From: Nitrospirota bacterium
GTDB lineage: Bacteria > Nitrospirota > Nitrospiria > Nitrospirales > Nitrospiraceae
DNA: 64,000 bases
NCBI GenBank assembly: GCA_963703955.1
Contig: CAVPGK010000015.1
Coordinates: forward strand, 96,001-160,000
Direction: 5' to 3'
Position numbers and translations under genes: made by a program. Shown here one piece after another: positions 38,162-49,759 of the stretch. The notes beneath the pieces were generated by a model, which saw nothing but the letters and a program-made list of their open reading frames with translations, made no database searches and was not told the origin of the DNA. Every line of letters begins with the position of its first letter. The first letter of the stretch is position 1.

Positions 38162-39385
38162 TCATCCTGACGCCCGAAATTCCACGATCGCAAATTTTCT
38201 GCGGCCGATGCGAAATCGATATGGACAACCCGGCTTCAATGTCAGGCTGGCGTTGGGATCCGTCTGCTTTTCATCGTTCACTTCCACGCCACCCTGGACA
38301 ATCAGGCGACGAGCCTCACTTTTGCTCGGGACTAACTTCGTCCGCGCCACCAGATCGACCAATGCCATGGCCGGCGCGTGCGCATTCGCCACATCGACCG
38401 AGGTGAGGGTCACGCGCGCATCTGGGTCAGCGGGAAATTCTCGTTCGCGGAATGTTCGCTGAAAGTCCGCCTTCGCACGTTCGGCGGCCGCGTCACCATG
38501 GTATCGAGACACAATCTGCTCCGCCAATGCCAACTTCTTCTCCATGGGATGGCCCGTCTTGACTTGGGCCAGATCCTGCGTGGTGAGCAGTTCATAGTAC
38601 CGGACCATGAGCGCATCGCTGATGGACATGACCCTGCCGAACATATCCCCAGGTTGATCTTCCAATGCGATATAGTTGCCGAAGCTTTTGCTCATCTTTC
38701 GAACCCCATCCGTGCCTTCCAGAAGCGGCGTGGTCAGCACCACCTGAGGTTCTTGGCCGAAGTCTCGTTGTAGATCGCGGCCGACGAGCAGATTGAATTT
38801 CTGGTCTGTGCCGCCCAACTCGACGTCCGCTTTAAGCGCGACGGAATCATAGCCCTGAATAAGGGGATACAAAAACTCATGGAGGCTGATGGGCTTCTGC
38901 TCGTGGTAGCGCTTATGAAAATCCTCCCGCTCCAGCATGCGGGCGACGTTGTAATGGGCGCTGAGCTGGATCAATTCCTCAGCCCGCATCGCATTCATCC
39001 AGCGGCTGTTGAACTCCACCGTTGTTTTTTTGCGATCGAGGATCTTGAAAATCTGCCGTTCGTAGGTTCTGGCGTTTTCCTCGACCTTTTCTTTGGTCAG
39101 CGCGACTCGGGTTTCAGACACGCCGGTGGGGTCTCCGATCATGCCGGTGAAATCGCCGATGAGAAAGATCACCTGGTGCCCGAGATCCTGGAAGTGCTTC
39201 AGCTTGTGAATGAGCACCGTATGGCCCAGATGAAGGTCCGGCGCCGTAGGATCAAATCCCGCCTTGACACGCAGGGGTCGATGCGCTTTGAGCGAGCGGG
39301 CGAGTTTGGCTTCGAGTTCGGACGGCTGAATGACCTCCACCGCCCCGCGGAGAATTAAGTCCAGCTGACGGGTCAGCTCACTCAC
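38162..39385 (-). CDS. tyrS: Tyrosyl-tRNA synthetase
   Basis: [33 protein letters not shown]4 domain. Confidence 0.98.
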   Translation of the reverse strand: MSELTRQLDLILRGAVEVIQPSELEAKLARSLKAHRPLRVKAGFDPTAPDLHLGHTVLIHKLKHFQDLGHQVIFLIGDFTGMIGDPTGVSETRVALTKEKVEENARTYERQIFKILDRKKTTVEFNSRWMNAMRAEELIQLSAHYNVARMLEREDFHKRYHEQKPISLHEFLYPLIQGYDSVALKADVELGGTDQKFNLLVGRDLQRDFGQEPQVVLTTPLLEGTDGVRKMSKSFGNYIALEDQPGDMFGRVMSISDALMVRYYELLTTQDLAQVKTGHPMEKKLALAEQIVSRYHGDAAAERAKADFQRTFREREFPADPDARVTLTSVDVANAHAPAMALVDLVARTKLVPSKSEARRLIVQGGVEVNDEKQTDPNASLTLKPGCPYRFRIGRRKFAIVEFRASG

Positions 39386-39897
39386 AAATCTCTCTTCAAC
39401 TGACGCCCAGACAGCCCCTTGTTTCGATGGGCACCTTGAGGCAGAGTGACCCTAGCACCGATCATCACGAGTGGGCGCAGTTTTTCAAACCGCTTGGCTC
39501 CAATGCCTTTGACGTCTCTTAGATCCTCAACCTTTTCGTAGAGCCCATGGGTCTTTCGTCGCTCGAGCATACGCTGTGCCAACACGTGTCCGATCCCCGG
39601 CAGTGTCCGGAGTTCTTCCTCGGTCGCCTGATTAAGATCCATCTTGGACGCACCATCAGTTCGGTAAGCTTTCTGATGGGTCGATCGGTTGGGCGAGGGC
39701 ACCGCGATGGACGCCGCAGGAGTCGAATGGGGCATCTGAGAGGCAGACGCCACGGTCGAGGGTGGAAGAAGATGTTCTTGAGGCGGGTCAGTCAATGGAT
39801 CGACAAATCTCTGCTCCTCGGTTGTCCACCCGATCGTGACGACCACCGTTGCCGTCACCGCGAGCATGCCGACCTTGATCAGAAGAGAGTGAATCAT
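39382..39897 (-). CDS. comEA: ComEA-family DNA-binding protein (HhH)
   Basis: N-terminal [24 protein letters not shown]. Confidence 0.88.
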   Translation of the reverse strand: MIHSLLIKVGMLAVTATVVVTIGWTTEEQRFVDPLTDPPQEHLLPPSTVASASQMPHSTPAASIAVPSPNRSTHQKAYRTDGASKMDLNQATEEELRTLPGIGHVLAQRMLERRKTHGLYEKVEDLRDVKGIGAKRFEKLRPLVMIGARVTLPQGAHRNKGLSGRQLKRDL

Positions 39898-39960
39898 AAG
39901 CCAAGCCTTGAGTCATCAACGTGTAGCATCAGCATGCCCCGGAAGACTAACCGCGACTCG

Positions 39961-41376
39961 TCACCGCTTGCGGGCTAGATGGATCGCCAGTCCATCGACA
40001 TCTTCGGCTACTTCCATCATACCTTCGGACAAGGTCGGATGGGCGTGTATCATGTCCGCGACCTGAGCGGCAGTAGCGCCGACTTGCATGGCGAGCGCTG
40101 CCTCATGGACAAGGTCCGCCGCATGAGACCCGATGATGTGCACACCGACAATCGCTCCGGACTTGGCCTCTGCAATCATCTTGAACAGGCCGGTCGCTTC
40201 TCCGATGGCCTGTGCCTTGCCCAACCCGGCATAACGGAAACGGCCGACCTTCAGCGCGGTGTTCGGACTCTCCCCCATGGCCTCGCTTCGCTCCCGCGCC
40301 TGCTGCTCCGTCAGGCCGACTCGACCGATTTCCGGCAAGGTAAAGATGCCGGCAGGCACCACAGTGTAATTGATCTCGCGAGGATGCCCGAGGATATTCT
40401 CGACGGCGACCTTTCCTTGCGCAGACGCGACATGTGCCAGCATGGCCTTGCCGACCACGTCGCCGATCGCATAGATGCCCCGCACGTTGGTCTCCATACG
40501 ATCGTTGACCAGGATCTCCCCTCGCTGGCCCAGTTGAACGCCGACCGTATCCAACCCGATGCCTCGCGAGTTGAATCCCCGTCCGACCGACACCAAGAGT
40601 TTCTCCGCCGTGATCGTGGCCCCGTCTTTCAGGTGAACGGTGACGGATCCCTCCTGCCGATCCAGCTTTTCCACGGTCGTCCCGGCCCGAACGTCCACGC
40701 CTCGCTTTTTCAGTTCGCGCGCGATGATGTTTGCGATCTCTTCATCCTCGAGCGGTAGGATCCTGGGCATCAACTCCACCACGGTCACCTGCGTGCCCAT
40801 TCCGCTGTAGAGTGAGGCGAACTCGCACCCTTCGACGCCCCCGCCAATGATCAGCAGGCTTGCCGGGACCTCCGTCAGATCCAGCGCTTCCTTGCTGGTA
40901 AGAACTTGCCGACCGTCAACCGGAAAGAGCGGCAGATTCGGCCATGAGGACCCCGTCGCCACGATGACCGCGTCTGCCTGCACGCGGCGTTCGGTTCCGT
41001 CTCGGTGCGCAACTCGCACCGTTCGCTCATCCAGTAACGCGCCCGCCCCATCGATGTGCTCGATCCCCCACGTCTTGAAGAGCGTTCCGATCCCTTTGAC
41101 CAGCCCGTCGACGACCGTGTTTTTCCGGTTCACCATGCGAGCGAGGTCGTAGCGTACCAGCCCGTCCAGTTTCAATCCCAGGTCAGCCGCCTTCTTGGCC
41201 CTGTCCCCCAACTCGACGACCGATAAGAGGGTCTTACTGGGAATGCATCCGCAGTTCAAACACACTCCGCCTAAGGCTTGATTCTCAACGACCGTGACCC
41301 GGGCTCCCAATTGCGCGGCGCGGATCGCCGCGACATAGCCACCCGGCCCGGCCCCGATGATCGCGATATGGGTCAT
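39961..41376 (-). CDS. lpdA: Dihydrolipoyl dehydrogenase
   Basis: GAGPGGYVAAIRAAQLG, GGVCLNCGCIPSK, HAHPTLSE. Confidence 0.97.
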   Translation of the reverse strand: MTHIAIIGAGPGGYVAAIRAAQLGARVTVVENQALGGVCLNCGCIPSKTLLSVVELGDRAKKAADLGLKLDGLVRYDLARMVNRKNTVVDGLVKGIGTLFKTWGIEHIDGAGALLDERTVRVAHRDGTERRVQADAVIVATGSSWPNLPLFPVDGRQVLTSKEALDLTEVPASLLIIGGGVEGCEFASLYSGMGTQVTVVELMPRILPLEDEEIANIIARELKKRGVDVRAGTTVEKLDRQEGSVTVHLKDGATITAEKLLVSVGRGFNSRGIGLDTVGVQLGQRGEILVNDRMETNVRGIYAIGDVVGKAMLAHVASAQGKVAVENILGHPREINYTVVPAGIFTLPEIGRVGLTEQQARERSEAMGESPNTALKVGRFRYAGLGKAQAIGEATGLFKMIAEAKSGAIVGVHIIGSHAADLVHEAALAMQVGATAAQVADMIHAHPTLSEGMMEVAEDVDGLAIHLARKR

Positions 41377-41389
41377 CTTAGAGTTTATT

Positions 41390-41448
41390 GATTTGCTGAT
41401 CTGATGATTTGCAATCGACAGATCACTAATTCATCAGATCAGCAAATC
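41390..41448. repeat. Perfect 18-bp inverted repeat between gcvH and lpdA
   Basis: GATTTGCTGATCTGATGA (41390-41407) and TCATCAGATCAGCAAATC (41431-41448). Confidence 0.85.
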
Positions 41449-41459
41449 GAATTCCTTCG

Positions 41460-41846
41460 CTATGTCTTCTGTGTCTTGAGAAATGCTTCATACTGGTCGG
41501 CAGTCATAAGTTTGTCGACCTGCGCGGGGTCCGAGAGCTCGACCACCGCCATCCATCCTTTCCCATAGGGATCGGTATTGACGGCTTCAGGATGATCTTT
41601 GAGATCCGCGTTGATCTTCACAATTTTGCCGCTCACCGGGGTGTACAGGCTCGACGTAGTTTTTGTGGACTCAACTTCTCCGATTTGCTGGCCGGCCGTC
41701 ACCGTTGCCCCCGCCTTCGGAAGGTCGATGAACACAATGTCCCCAAGGGCATCTTGCGCAAAATGACTGATGCCGATAGTCGCTTGTTTCCCCTCTATCC
41801 GAATCCACTCATGTTCTTGATGATAGCGGAGGTCTTTGGGCTCCAT
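41460..41846 (-). CDS. gcvH: Glycine cleavage system H protein
   Basis: HEW, GISHFAQDALGDIVFIDLP, VESTKT (lipoyl Lys), VN.DPYG.GW. Confidence 0.97.
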   Translation of the reverse strand: MEPKDLRYHQEHEWIRIEGKQATIGISHFAQDALGDIVFIDLPKAGATVTAGQQIGEVESTKTTSSLYTPVSGKIVKINADLKDHPEAVNTDPYGKGWMAVVELSDPAQVDKLMTADQYEAFLKTQKT

Positions 41847-41860
41847 AGTCTCCTCTCGAC

Positions 41861-42025
41861 GGCTGCTGAAAAAGCCCTTATTTCACCCGCCCGCCCCACA
41901 GTGCGCCAAAACGCACCTCTTCCCGAAGCGACGTTCTCGGTCGCGTGTCCTCTCAACGTACACGACGAGTACGCCTCGGAGGCCCGCGCTCCCTGCGGCC
42001 TTGCCGGGGGACTCTTTGAGCAGCC
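41861..42025. repeat. Dispersed MITE/REP-like element, copy 1
   Basis: Ends GGCTGCTGAAAAAG ... CTCTTTGAGCAGCC. Confidence 0.75.
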
Positions 42026-42070
42026 AAAAAGATTGAAGATTTGTTACAAAAACTGTGGCGCGAGCTTAGT

Positions 42071-43344
42071 TCAGTTGGCTATGTAAATCAAGCCGACACT
42101 CTTCTCGATCCGATCTTGTATACGCATCGGGGACAGCCACGATTCAGGATGGCGAAGATCCACGCCTTGAACCAAGATGGGAACCCAGATGCGTTCCGTG
42201 TCTCCGATCAGTTGCCCCATGCGTTCGATCACAGGCGCCATCGGATTACCCTGACCCTGGGTGTGGACAAGAAAATACTGAAAGCCACTACGCTTCGCTT
42301 CCAGCAGGTCTTCTGCGTACTGCACGAGCGCGACAAGAGGATCGGTAACCGCCTCCGAGTGGACCTCAATCCCAAACTGCAACCCGGGAACGTGCGCCTG
42401 CATGGCCCGTTTCGAGTTTCGCCATAATCTTGATCGCCTCTTGAGCTTTCCATCCGGTCCATTGCCAATATTCCGGCGAGTTCCCGGCTCCAACCTGATC
42501 CACGCCTGCGTCTCCACGCATAGCCGCAAGCCCGGAAACAGAGACAGGGGAGAGCTTCGCCGGATCGGCCTTGATCTGAAAGTCTCGCTCAAACCCACGG
42601 AGTGCAAAAACGCTGAACCCGTCTGTGGGCCCCAGAGGGGCATCATTCCGGAACAAGACGCCGTTGATTCCCGTATCGGCCAGATCCATGAGAAGTCCCA
42701 TCAGATACTCTTGAAACGCGGGATGAAAGATATCCAGATACGGTGAGAGTCGGAGTTGGAGACGGGCCGCGTCATAGGACCGGTCCGCCCATCCCAGTGA
42801 GGGATCAACCCAGTTCATGCGCCGAAGGGACAATGCTGCAACACCGAAAGACCATGGCGATATGCGACCGAAACAAGCTCGCCAAAGACGTCTCTGGCCG
42901 TCTCCGCCCAACCCGTTCGAAAGTAGACCCTCCCCAGACTCCCGAGAGGGTGTGGCTCCTCGTCGTGTCCCGCTCCTTCCCGCGTCCCTATATCGAGCAG
43001 AACCATGGTGATCCCAGATCCGGCAAGCGATTGGATCCAGTCCTCTAGCTCGGGCCCCGTGGGCACTTGGGATGGCGGAAGAGAGAGATACCGATCTTTT
43101 TCGTCGGTGGAGTTGGCGTAGTGAGTACCTGCAGCGGCACGTGAGGCGAGACTGGAAGTGGGTTCCCAGGAACGACACGGGCTGAGGTGGAAGACGCTTG
43201 TGAGGGAGTGTGCTCAGATGGCAGCGGACTGGCGCAGGCGACGCAGAGAAAGAAAAACGGGACAAGAAAACTGAGCAGAAGCCCGACAGACAGTGGGCAC
43301 CGCCTGTCGACCCTGCTCCAGCCTGGCTTGAACAGCCTTGTCAC
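42071..43344 (-). pseudogene. PgaB/GHL10-like glycoside hydrolase lipoprotein, broken by about 3 frameshifts (~43085, ~42841, ~42413)
   Basis: Lipobox-like VAC; segments GRVYFRT, AALSLRRMNW, LDIFHPAFQEYL, INGVLF.ND, YWQWTGWKA, LVQYAEDL continue across frames. Confidence 0.65.
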
Positions 43345-43374
43345 TCAATGCTTCCTGATCGAACTATCATGGTT

Positions 43375-43470
43375 CAGGATGCTCAAAAAGGCCATCCAAC
43401 GAGGCCCGAAGCGAGGCAAAACCGGAGGCGTAGCCTCTGGGCTACGTTGAGGGCCTTTTTCAGCATCCTG
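43375..43470. repeat. Dispersed MITE/REP-like element, copy 2 (19-bp terminal IR, 1 mismatch)
   Basis: CAGGATGCTCAAAAAGGCC ... GGCCTTTTTCAGCATCCTG. Confidence 0.85.
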
Positions 43471-43889
43471 TTACACACCCAACTCCATATCAGAGAAATA
43501 ATACCCGATCTCGAATCGCGCGGTCTCCGGCGAGTCGGACCGTGAACCGCGTTGAGTTCGATATTCGTCCCGTGCGCCGCTCGAATGGTCCCCGGATCGG
43601 CCTTGGCCGGGTCGGTGGCGCCCATCAGTTCACGATGGCGTTTGATGGCATCCTTCCCGTTCAGTACCAGGACGACTACCGGACCCGACGACATAAACGT
43701 CGTCAGGCTCTCGAAAAAGGGGCGTTGACGGTGCACCGCGTAGAAACCTTCTGCAGCGGCTTTCGACAGCCGCATCATCCGAATCGCAATCGGCCGCAAA
43801 CGGGCACCTTCGTATCGTCGGATAATGTCGCCGATCGCGTCCTTCTTGACTGCGTCGGGCTTGATGATCGCGAGAGTTCGTTCCATCAT
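43471..43889 (-). CDS. ndk: Nucleoside diphosphate kinase (1-bp deletion near 43540, probably a sequencing error)
   Basis: [29 protein letters not shown] then a shifted frame gives [15 protein letters not shown]. Confidence 0.95.
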
Positions 43890-44070
43890 GTTTGGCCGCC
43901 CCTCCAAATGGGTCATAGATCAACATAAATAACGTGATGCGGGATTATAAGGGGGACCTTCTGAAGCTTGCAAGAGAAGAGAAATGCGAAAGATTTTACT
44001 CCGTCTTCCTGGAACCCGAAGGTCGAACACTTGTCGCTCGGGGAAGGCACGAGAAGCAAAGCCGGATATG

Positions 44071-45109
44071 TCAAGACTGCGATCGAAAGCGCTCGGCGAT
44101 TTCGCTCGGCTTGAACACTCCCCGTTCGGTGATGATCGCGGTCACGTAATCGGCAGGGGTGACGTCGAAAGCGGGATTGAGAACATCCACACCGGCTGGA
44201 GCGATGGGATGACCGCCGTAGACGGTCGTGACTTCCTGCGGATTGCGCTGCTCGATCGGGATCTTATCCCCTGACGGTGTGTTCAAGTCGATCGTCGAAT
44301 AAGGCGCGGCAACGTAAAACGGGAATGCCGTGGGCTTTCGCGAGCACGGCGACGGAATAGGTCCCGATCTTATTGGCCACATCTCCATTGGCTGCAATCC
44401 GATCCGCCCCGACGATGCAGAGCTGGATCAGCCCCTGTCGCATCAATGTGCCGGCCATATTGTCGGTAATCAGCGTGACGGGAATCTTGTCCTGCATGAG
44501 TTCCCAGGCGGTCAGCCGTGCGCCTTGAAGAACCGGGCGAGTTTCGTCAGCCAGAACCCGTATCTTTTTCCCTTGCTCCCAGGCTGCCCGGATGACACCT
44601 AGAGCCGTGCCATACCCCGCCGTCGCCAGCGCGCCGGCGTTACAGTGCGTCAGGATAGTCTGACCATCGCTCACGAGAGCGGCTCCGTGGCGCCCCATGG
44701 CCTTATTCAACGCAATGTCCTCGTCGAGGATTCGCTGGGATTCCTCCAGCAGCCGGCGCTTGCTTTCAATCACCGACAGGTTGAGGGCTTCATCTAACGT
44801 GCGCTTCATACGCTCGATGGCCCAGAAGAGATTCACCGCCGTCGGTCTGGTGGCCGCCAAGTGATCGCAAATGGAAAGTACCGCCTTCTTAAACTCGTCG
44901 GGATTCTTCGTCATGATCGATTGCGCGCCCAAGGCCACACCCATCGCCGCCGTCACTCCGATCGCTGGCGCGCCCCGGACCCGTAATTCTCGGATGGCCA
45001 TGGCGACCGTCCGATAGTCCCGGCAATCGAGAAACTCCACCCGCTCCGGCAATCGGCTCTGATCCAACAGCCGCACCGCCCCATCTTTCCACTCAACCGT
45101 TGCAAGCAT
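44071..45109 (-). CDS. mtnA: S-methyl-5-thioribose-1-phosphate isomerase (1-bp insertion near 44321)
   Basis: [50 protein letters not shown]...NPAFDVTP in the shifted frame. Confidence 0.95.
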
Positions 45110-45342
45110 CCTTCAAGCTCCAAAGCCAAGAAGTGGTCATGGCGCTGTTCAGCGCACTTTGAAACATGATGGCCCACTTTTCAAGTGCAATATCACTCAC
45201 GGGGGAGGAACATTTCTCAGCGATCGGAAATTCAGTTCCTTAGGGAAAGGACTCTATTGTTGGGGTATTTTTTCCAGTGCTGCGGCGGCTAGGATTACAT
45301 GCTTATGAAGCAACATCTGAGTTACCTGTTGCCATCACACTT

Positions 45343-45429
45343 TCACAGCAGGGCATATAGCCGTTGTGCCAGTTCATTCCGCAACGGCAGCACAAGCAAC
45401 CAGGTCCATATGAGCGTCACGAATTTCAT
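45343..45429 (-). CDS. Candidate 28-aa hydrophobic small protein
   Basis: GAGAGGA RBS + MKFVTLIWTWLLVLPLRNELAQRLYALL*. Confidence 0.3.
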   Translation of the reverse strand: MKFVTLIWTWLLVLPLRNELAQRLYALL

Positions 45430-45756
45430 GGTCCTCTCACCCGCTTTCCAAACCTGAACGAGCCTACGACTCTCTTCTACTCACTTGGCCATGCAACAGG
45501 AATGCCAGGCAAAGGCTGGGAGCAGCGGGCTAACTTTCACCTTCATTGCTCGAGGGTAAGAGTCTTAATTGAGAGGGAATACGCGCATGTCTATAGTGCA
45601 AGCAGCAACAAGGCCAAGGGGTTCGTTTCTCCGGCTGGCCTAAGGCCAGCTTAATCTGCCTCTGGCTAGGAGCCTGGTTTCGGCGTGAGCGTAGCCAAAA
45701 AGATACGAACAGGTATCCTAATGCATACGTATGAAGAGTATCGCTGGCTCATTCCC

Positions 45757-48303
45757 TCAAGCGCCCCTGCCCATCCATTGCCGCCATAGTCTCCTGAGGT
45801 TGTGGGTTTCGGCCGTGAGCATGTCGGGCCCAATACGAACCGGCTGCACTAAGGCATCGCGGCCCGCACGTACGTCCATGGCGGGGGAAGACAGCTTCGC
45901 CGCTATCTGAATGGCTCCCTGTCGATCGGTCCGAAATACCCGTCTGTGCTCCCCTTCATACGCTTGAAGGACAGGGGGGGCCGGATGGCCATAGGGATTG
46001 GTGCGACCGACGGAAATCACAGCGGCTTCCGGATGCGCGCGGCTAATCCATTCCTCCTGCAAGGAGCTGAGAGCGCCGTGATGGGGGACCTTGATGACGC
46101 GGGCGTTAAACCCCGGATCGGTGTTCTGCAACCTGGCAATCGCGTCCACTTCGATGTCCGCCGTGAAGAGAAACGAGTGTGGACCACAGTCTAGACGCGT
46201 AACAATGGAGAGGTTATTGAGCACGGTTCCGGAATGACCGTTCACAGATAAAGGTCTTGCGACCCGGTCTCGCCCCGGAGGATTGAGAGTACGCAGCCGG
46301 CAGGGACCAGAATCGATGATCATCTGTCCGGATTCTGCAATCTCCTCATGCACTCCCTGCGCATCGAGGCCGGCTTGCAGGCGCTGATAGAACGGTTCAT
46401 CTCTACTTAGTCCATTCCCCCAATAGTGACCGACTTGAAACTTTCGCACCGTCCACGCCAATCCTCCGACATGATCCAGCTGCGGATGCGTGCCGATGAC
46501 ATGGTCGAGACGAGTAATGCCCTGGTCCCAGAGAAAGGGCCCGACCACCGCCCGGCCCATATCCAGCGTATCGTACGACGCCCCCGCGTCAATGAGCACG
46601 GTCTGGTTATCCGGAAGCTCAATGACGCAGGCATCCCCCTGTCCCACATCTAGAAACGTGATACGGAGCGTGTCCCCATCCGACCAGGGGCGCGGTGACC
46701 ACGCCCACCAGCACAGAAGAAGCACGACGCCTCCGATCGCTCCCAGCCGAAGTCGAACACGCTTCGAGCGCCAGGCAATGAACAGCAATAGGTAAAAGAT
46801 GGCCATTCCAAGCGGCGCCGGTGAGGCTGTGTGCCATTCCGCCCCGGGAACCTTGGCCAAGATACTGACCATGTCCACCAGCCAATCGCCCAGAGCTTGG
46901 TTGATTGAAGCCCCAGGCAAGGACCCGGACCCAGTCATGAGGAGCCAGAGGGCCGATCCCAGCCCAAACGGAACGAGGACGAAGCCTGCAAACGGGATGA
47001 CTAGGAGGTTCGCGAGAATGCCGAGCCATGGAATTTGATTGAAATCATAGGCCACGAGAGGAAGCGTCACGATCATGATGGCGCCGGTGATCTTGAGGTA
47101 GGTCTGTATCCACATCCATGCTCTTGATCGCAGTGAAGACTCCGACGTGTTGTCCCTTGGCTGCTCGCCGCTCCGACTGACAACCAGGGCGATCGCCAAG
47201 ACGGAGAGAAAGGAGAGTTGGAACGAAATGTCGAACAGCGCGCGTGGATCGTTCAAGAGGACCAAGAGGGCCGCGGCGGCCAAAGCCGGGAGCAATTGAT
47301 TCTGACGTCCCAACCACACGGCCAGGAGAAAGATCAGAATCATGACCAACGAGCGCACAGTGGCCACCTGTGACCCGGCCAGCAGCGTGTAGAAGGTCAC
47401 CGGCAACACCGTGATCAGAGCGGTCAATCGGGTCATGGTGATATGACGCGACAGGGCCAAGAGCCACATCGGGGGAAGGTGGCGCCAGATTTTACCAATC
47501 AGCAGGTACGAGAGAAAGGCAATCAGCCCGAGGTGTGACCCCGAAATCGAGAGTATATGAACGGTCCCCGTGGCCATGAACAGATCACGAACCTCAGGTG
47601 TGACATAATCCGGCTCTCCGATGACCATGCCGAGATACACACCCAACGCGGATCCATCCAGAGCTTGGATCGACGCCTCGCGAATACGGTCTCTCCAGGT
47701 GTTGACGAGCATCCAGGGTAACCACTGAGAAGGCCCCGTGTCCGTTTCAAGGATGGTCAGCTTTCCCTGCCCGGATACCGACGCCACTGCGTCGATCCCG
47801 TGCTGCTCAAGGTAGGCACCGTAATCGAATCCTCCTGGATTGATCATGCCCGACGGCGGCCGTAGTCGAGCGACAACGGCGATCTGATCGCCCTGATGCA
47901 CGGTGACGTCTGGGTTTCGCCATGTCAGGCGAAGCCGACCTTCAATCGCCGTCTCGTGGCTGCCTTCTCCCACGGAAGAGAGGCCCAGGACGATCACCGC
48001 ACGATCCGGCGCGTACCTCGCAGGCTCGACAACCCTGCCGACGATTCTGACCGGATCTCTTCCATCGAGACCCGGCAGAGGTCTCCCGGTCACCGCCCAG
48101 AGAAACACCGTCCAATAGAGGACGCCCGCCAAGAGACTTCCGTACATGATCAACCCATGACGCGTGGTCAATCGCTGACGGCGTTCGAGAACGGTGAGTC
48201 CCGCTGCCGCAAGAGTCAGGAAGATAACGATTGTCACCGGAAGGAAGGGAAGAATGGATCCACAGAGCAGTCCGACGATGAAGGCTACGGTGAGAGACAG
48301 CAT
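45757..48303 (-). CDS. comEC: DNA internalization competence protein ComEC/Rec2
   Basis: TGTVHILSISGSHLG, SFQLSF, FLDVGQGD, THPQLDHVGG, KVPHHG, NPYGHP. Confidence 0.95.
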   Translation of the reverse strand: MLSLTVAFIVGLLCGSILPFLPVTIVIFLTLAAAGLTVLERRQRLTTRHGLIMYGSLLAGVLYWTVFLWAVTGRPLPGLDGRDPVRIVGRVVEPARYAPDRAVIVLGLSSVGEGSHETAIEGRLRLTWRNPDVTVHQGDQIAVVARLRPPSGMINPGGFDYGAYLEQHGIDAVASVSGQGKLTILETDTGPSQWLPWMLVNTWRDRIREASIQALDGSALGVYLGMVIGEPDYVTPEVRDLFMATGTVHILSISGSHLGLIAFLSYLLIGKIWRHLPPMWLLALSRHITMTRLTALITVLPVTFYTLLAGSQVATVRSLVMILIFLLAVWLGRQNQLLPALAAAALLVLLNDPRALFDISFQLSFLSVLAIALVVSRSGEQPRDNTSESSLRSRAWMWIQTYLKITGAIMIVTLPLVAYDFNQIPWLGILANLLVIPFAGFVLVPFGLGSALWLLMTGSGSLPGASINQALGDWLVDMVSILAKVPGAEWHTASPAPLGMAIFYLLLFIAWRSKRVRLRLGAIGGVVLLLCWWAWSPRPWSDGDTLRITFLDVGQGDACVIELPDNQTVLIDAGASYDTLDMGRAVVGPFLWDQGITRLDHVIGTHPQLDHVGGLAWTVRKFQVGHYWGNGLSRDEPFYQRLQAGLDAQGVHEEIAESGQMIIDSGPCRLRTLNPPGRDRVARPLSVNGHSGTVLNNLSIVTRLDCGPHSFLFTADIEVDAIARLQNTDPGFNARVIKVPHHGALSSLQEEWISRAHPEAAVISVGRTNPYGHPAPPVLQAYEGEHRRVFRTDRQGAIQIAAKLSSPAMDVRAGRDALVQPVRIGPDMLTAETHNLRRLWRQWMGRGA

Positions 48304-48389
48304 GTGGATCCGGCGGACCGGCCGAACGAGAAACGGTAGCGTAACAATCGCCCGCTTACACCGTGTGTGCCCTCGTGAGAGCCACCGGC

Positions 48390-49739
48390 CTATCCGAGTC
48401 TGGCTCGCACCACCATAGCCAGCTCTTCAGCCAACGATCGGATGAGGGCGTCTCGTTCGCCTTCCACCATGATTCGAAGAAGGGGTTCGGTTCCGGAGTA
48501 GCGGACGAGCACTCGACCGGTGCCGTTTAACTTCACTTCCGCCGACTGAATCGCCTGTTGAATATCGGGGAACGTCGCCAGATCCGGCTTCTCTTTCACC
48601 CGCACTCCGAGCAGGACTTGTGGCACCGCGGACATACACGTGGCGAGGTCGGACAATGGTCGACTTGTGCGCTTCATGAGGCAGAGAAGCTGAAGCGCGG
48701 AGATCAGGCCATCCCCTGTCGTATTGTGGTCGAGGAATATCAGGTGCCCGGATTGCTCACCTCCAACGTTCAATCCGTCGGCGACCATTCGCTCCAACAG
48801 GTACCGATCGCCGACCGGCGTACGAATCAGCTTGACGCCGGCTTTCGCCATAGCCAGCTCAAGCCCGAAGTTGCTCATGACGGTTCCAACGAGGGTCTGT
48901 CGTTTCAACAGGCCTCGTTCATGCATATCCAGCGCAATGGAAGCCATGGCATGATCGCCATCGACCACCTTGCCTTCTTCACACACGAAGACAGCCCGGT
49001 CGGCATCCCCATCGTGCGCGATCCCCACATGAGCCTCGTGGTCCAGCACGGCTTGCTGCAGGCGCTCCGGGGAGACTGCGCCGCAGCCGGCATTGATATT
49101 CATCCCATCCGGCTGATCGCCGATCACCCAGACCGTCGCTCCCAACTCTCGCAAGACCTTTGGCGCCACTTTATAGGCGGCTCCGTTGGCGCAGTCCACG
49201 ACGATCCGCAGACCCTGAAAGTCCAAATCCTTGGGCAACGAGCGCTTCACGAACTCGATATACCGTCCCTCGGCATCGTCGATCCGGAAGGCCTTCCCGA
49301 CATCATCCGCCGTCGGACGCAAGTGTTCGATCTCATCCGATGTAATGAGCGCCTCCATCCGCGCTTCCAACTCGTCGGGGAGTTTGAAACCGTCGTTGGA
49401 AAAAAACTTGATCCCATTGTCCTGATAGGGATTGTGCGAGGCGGAGATCATGACCCCGGCATCGGCTCGAAGGCTCCGGGTGAGAAACGCAATCGCCGGC
49501 GTGGGAAGCGGCCCCACCAGAAGGACGTCCACGCCCATGGAGCAAATTCCGGAGGTCAGTGCGGATTCCAACATGTACCCGGACAAGCGCGTATCTTTTC
49601 CGATGACGATCTGATGACGACCGGAGCGTCGTTTGAAGAGGTACGCCGCTGCGCGACCCAGCTTCATCGCCGTCTCGCTGGTCATCGGCTCAAGATTCGC
49701 AACCCCGCGCACTCCATCTGTGCCGAATAGCTTGCGCAT
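48390..49739 (-). CDS. glmM: Phosphoglucosamine mutase
   Basis: [36 protein letters not shown]. Confidence 0.98.
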   Translation of the reverse strand: MRKLFGTDGVRGVANLEPMTSETAMKLGRAAAYLFKRRSGRHQIVIGKDTRLSGYMLESALTSGICSMGVDVLLVGPLPTPAIAFLTRSLRADAGVMISASHNPYQDNGIKFFSNDGFKLPDELEARMEALITSDEIEHLRPTADDVGKAFRIDDAEGRYIEFVKRSLPKDLDFQGLRIVVDCANGAAYKVAPKVLRELGATVWVIGDQPDGMNINAGCGAVSPERLQQAVLDHEAHVGIAHDGDADRAVFVCEEGKVVDGDHAMASIALDMHERGLLKRQTLVGTVMSNFGLELAMAKAGVKLIRTPVGDRYLLERMVADGLNVGGEQSGHLIFLDHNTTGDGLISALQLLCLMKRTSRPLSDLATCMSAVPQVLLGVRVKEKPDLATFPDIQQAIQSAEVKLNGTGRVLVRYSGTEPLLRIMVEGERDALIRSLAEELAMVVRARLG

Positions 49740-49759
49740 ACCGCTCCTTCGCTGAGCCA

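Noticed and set aside
45110..45340. SAM riboswitch upstream of mtnA
   Set aside because: No SAM-I core motifs recognisable by eye
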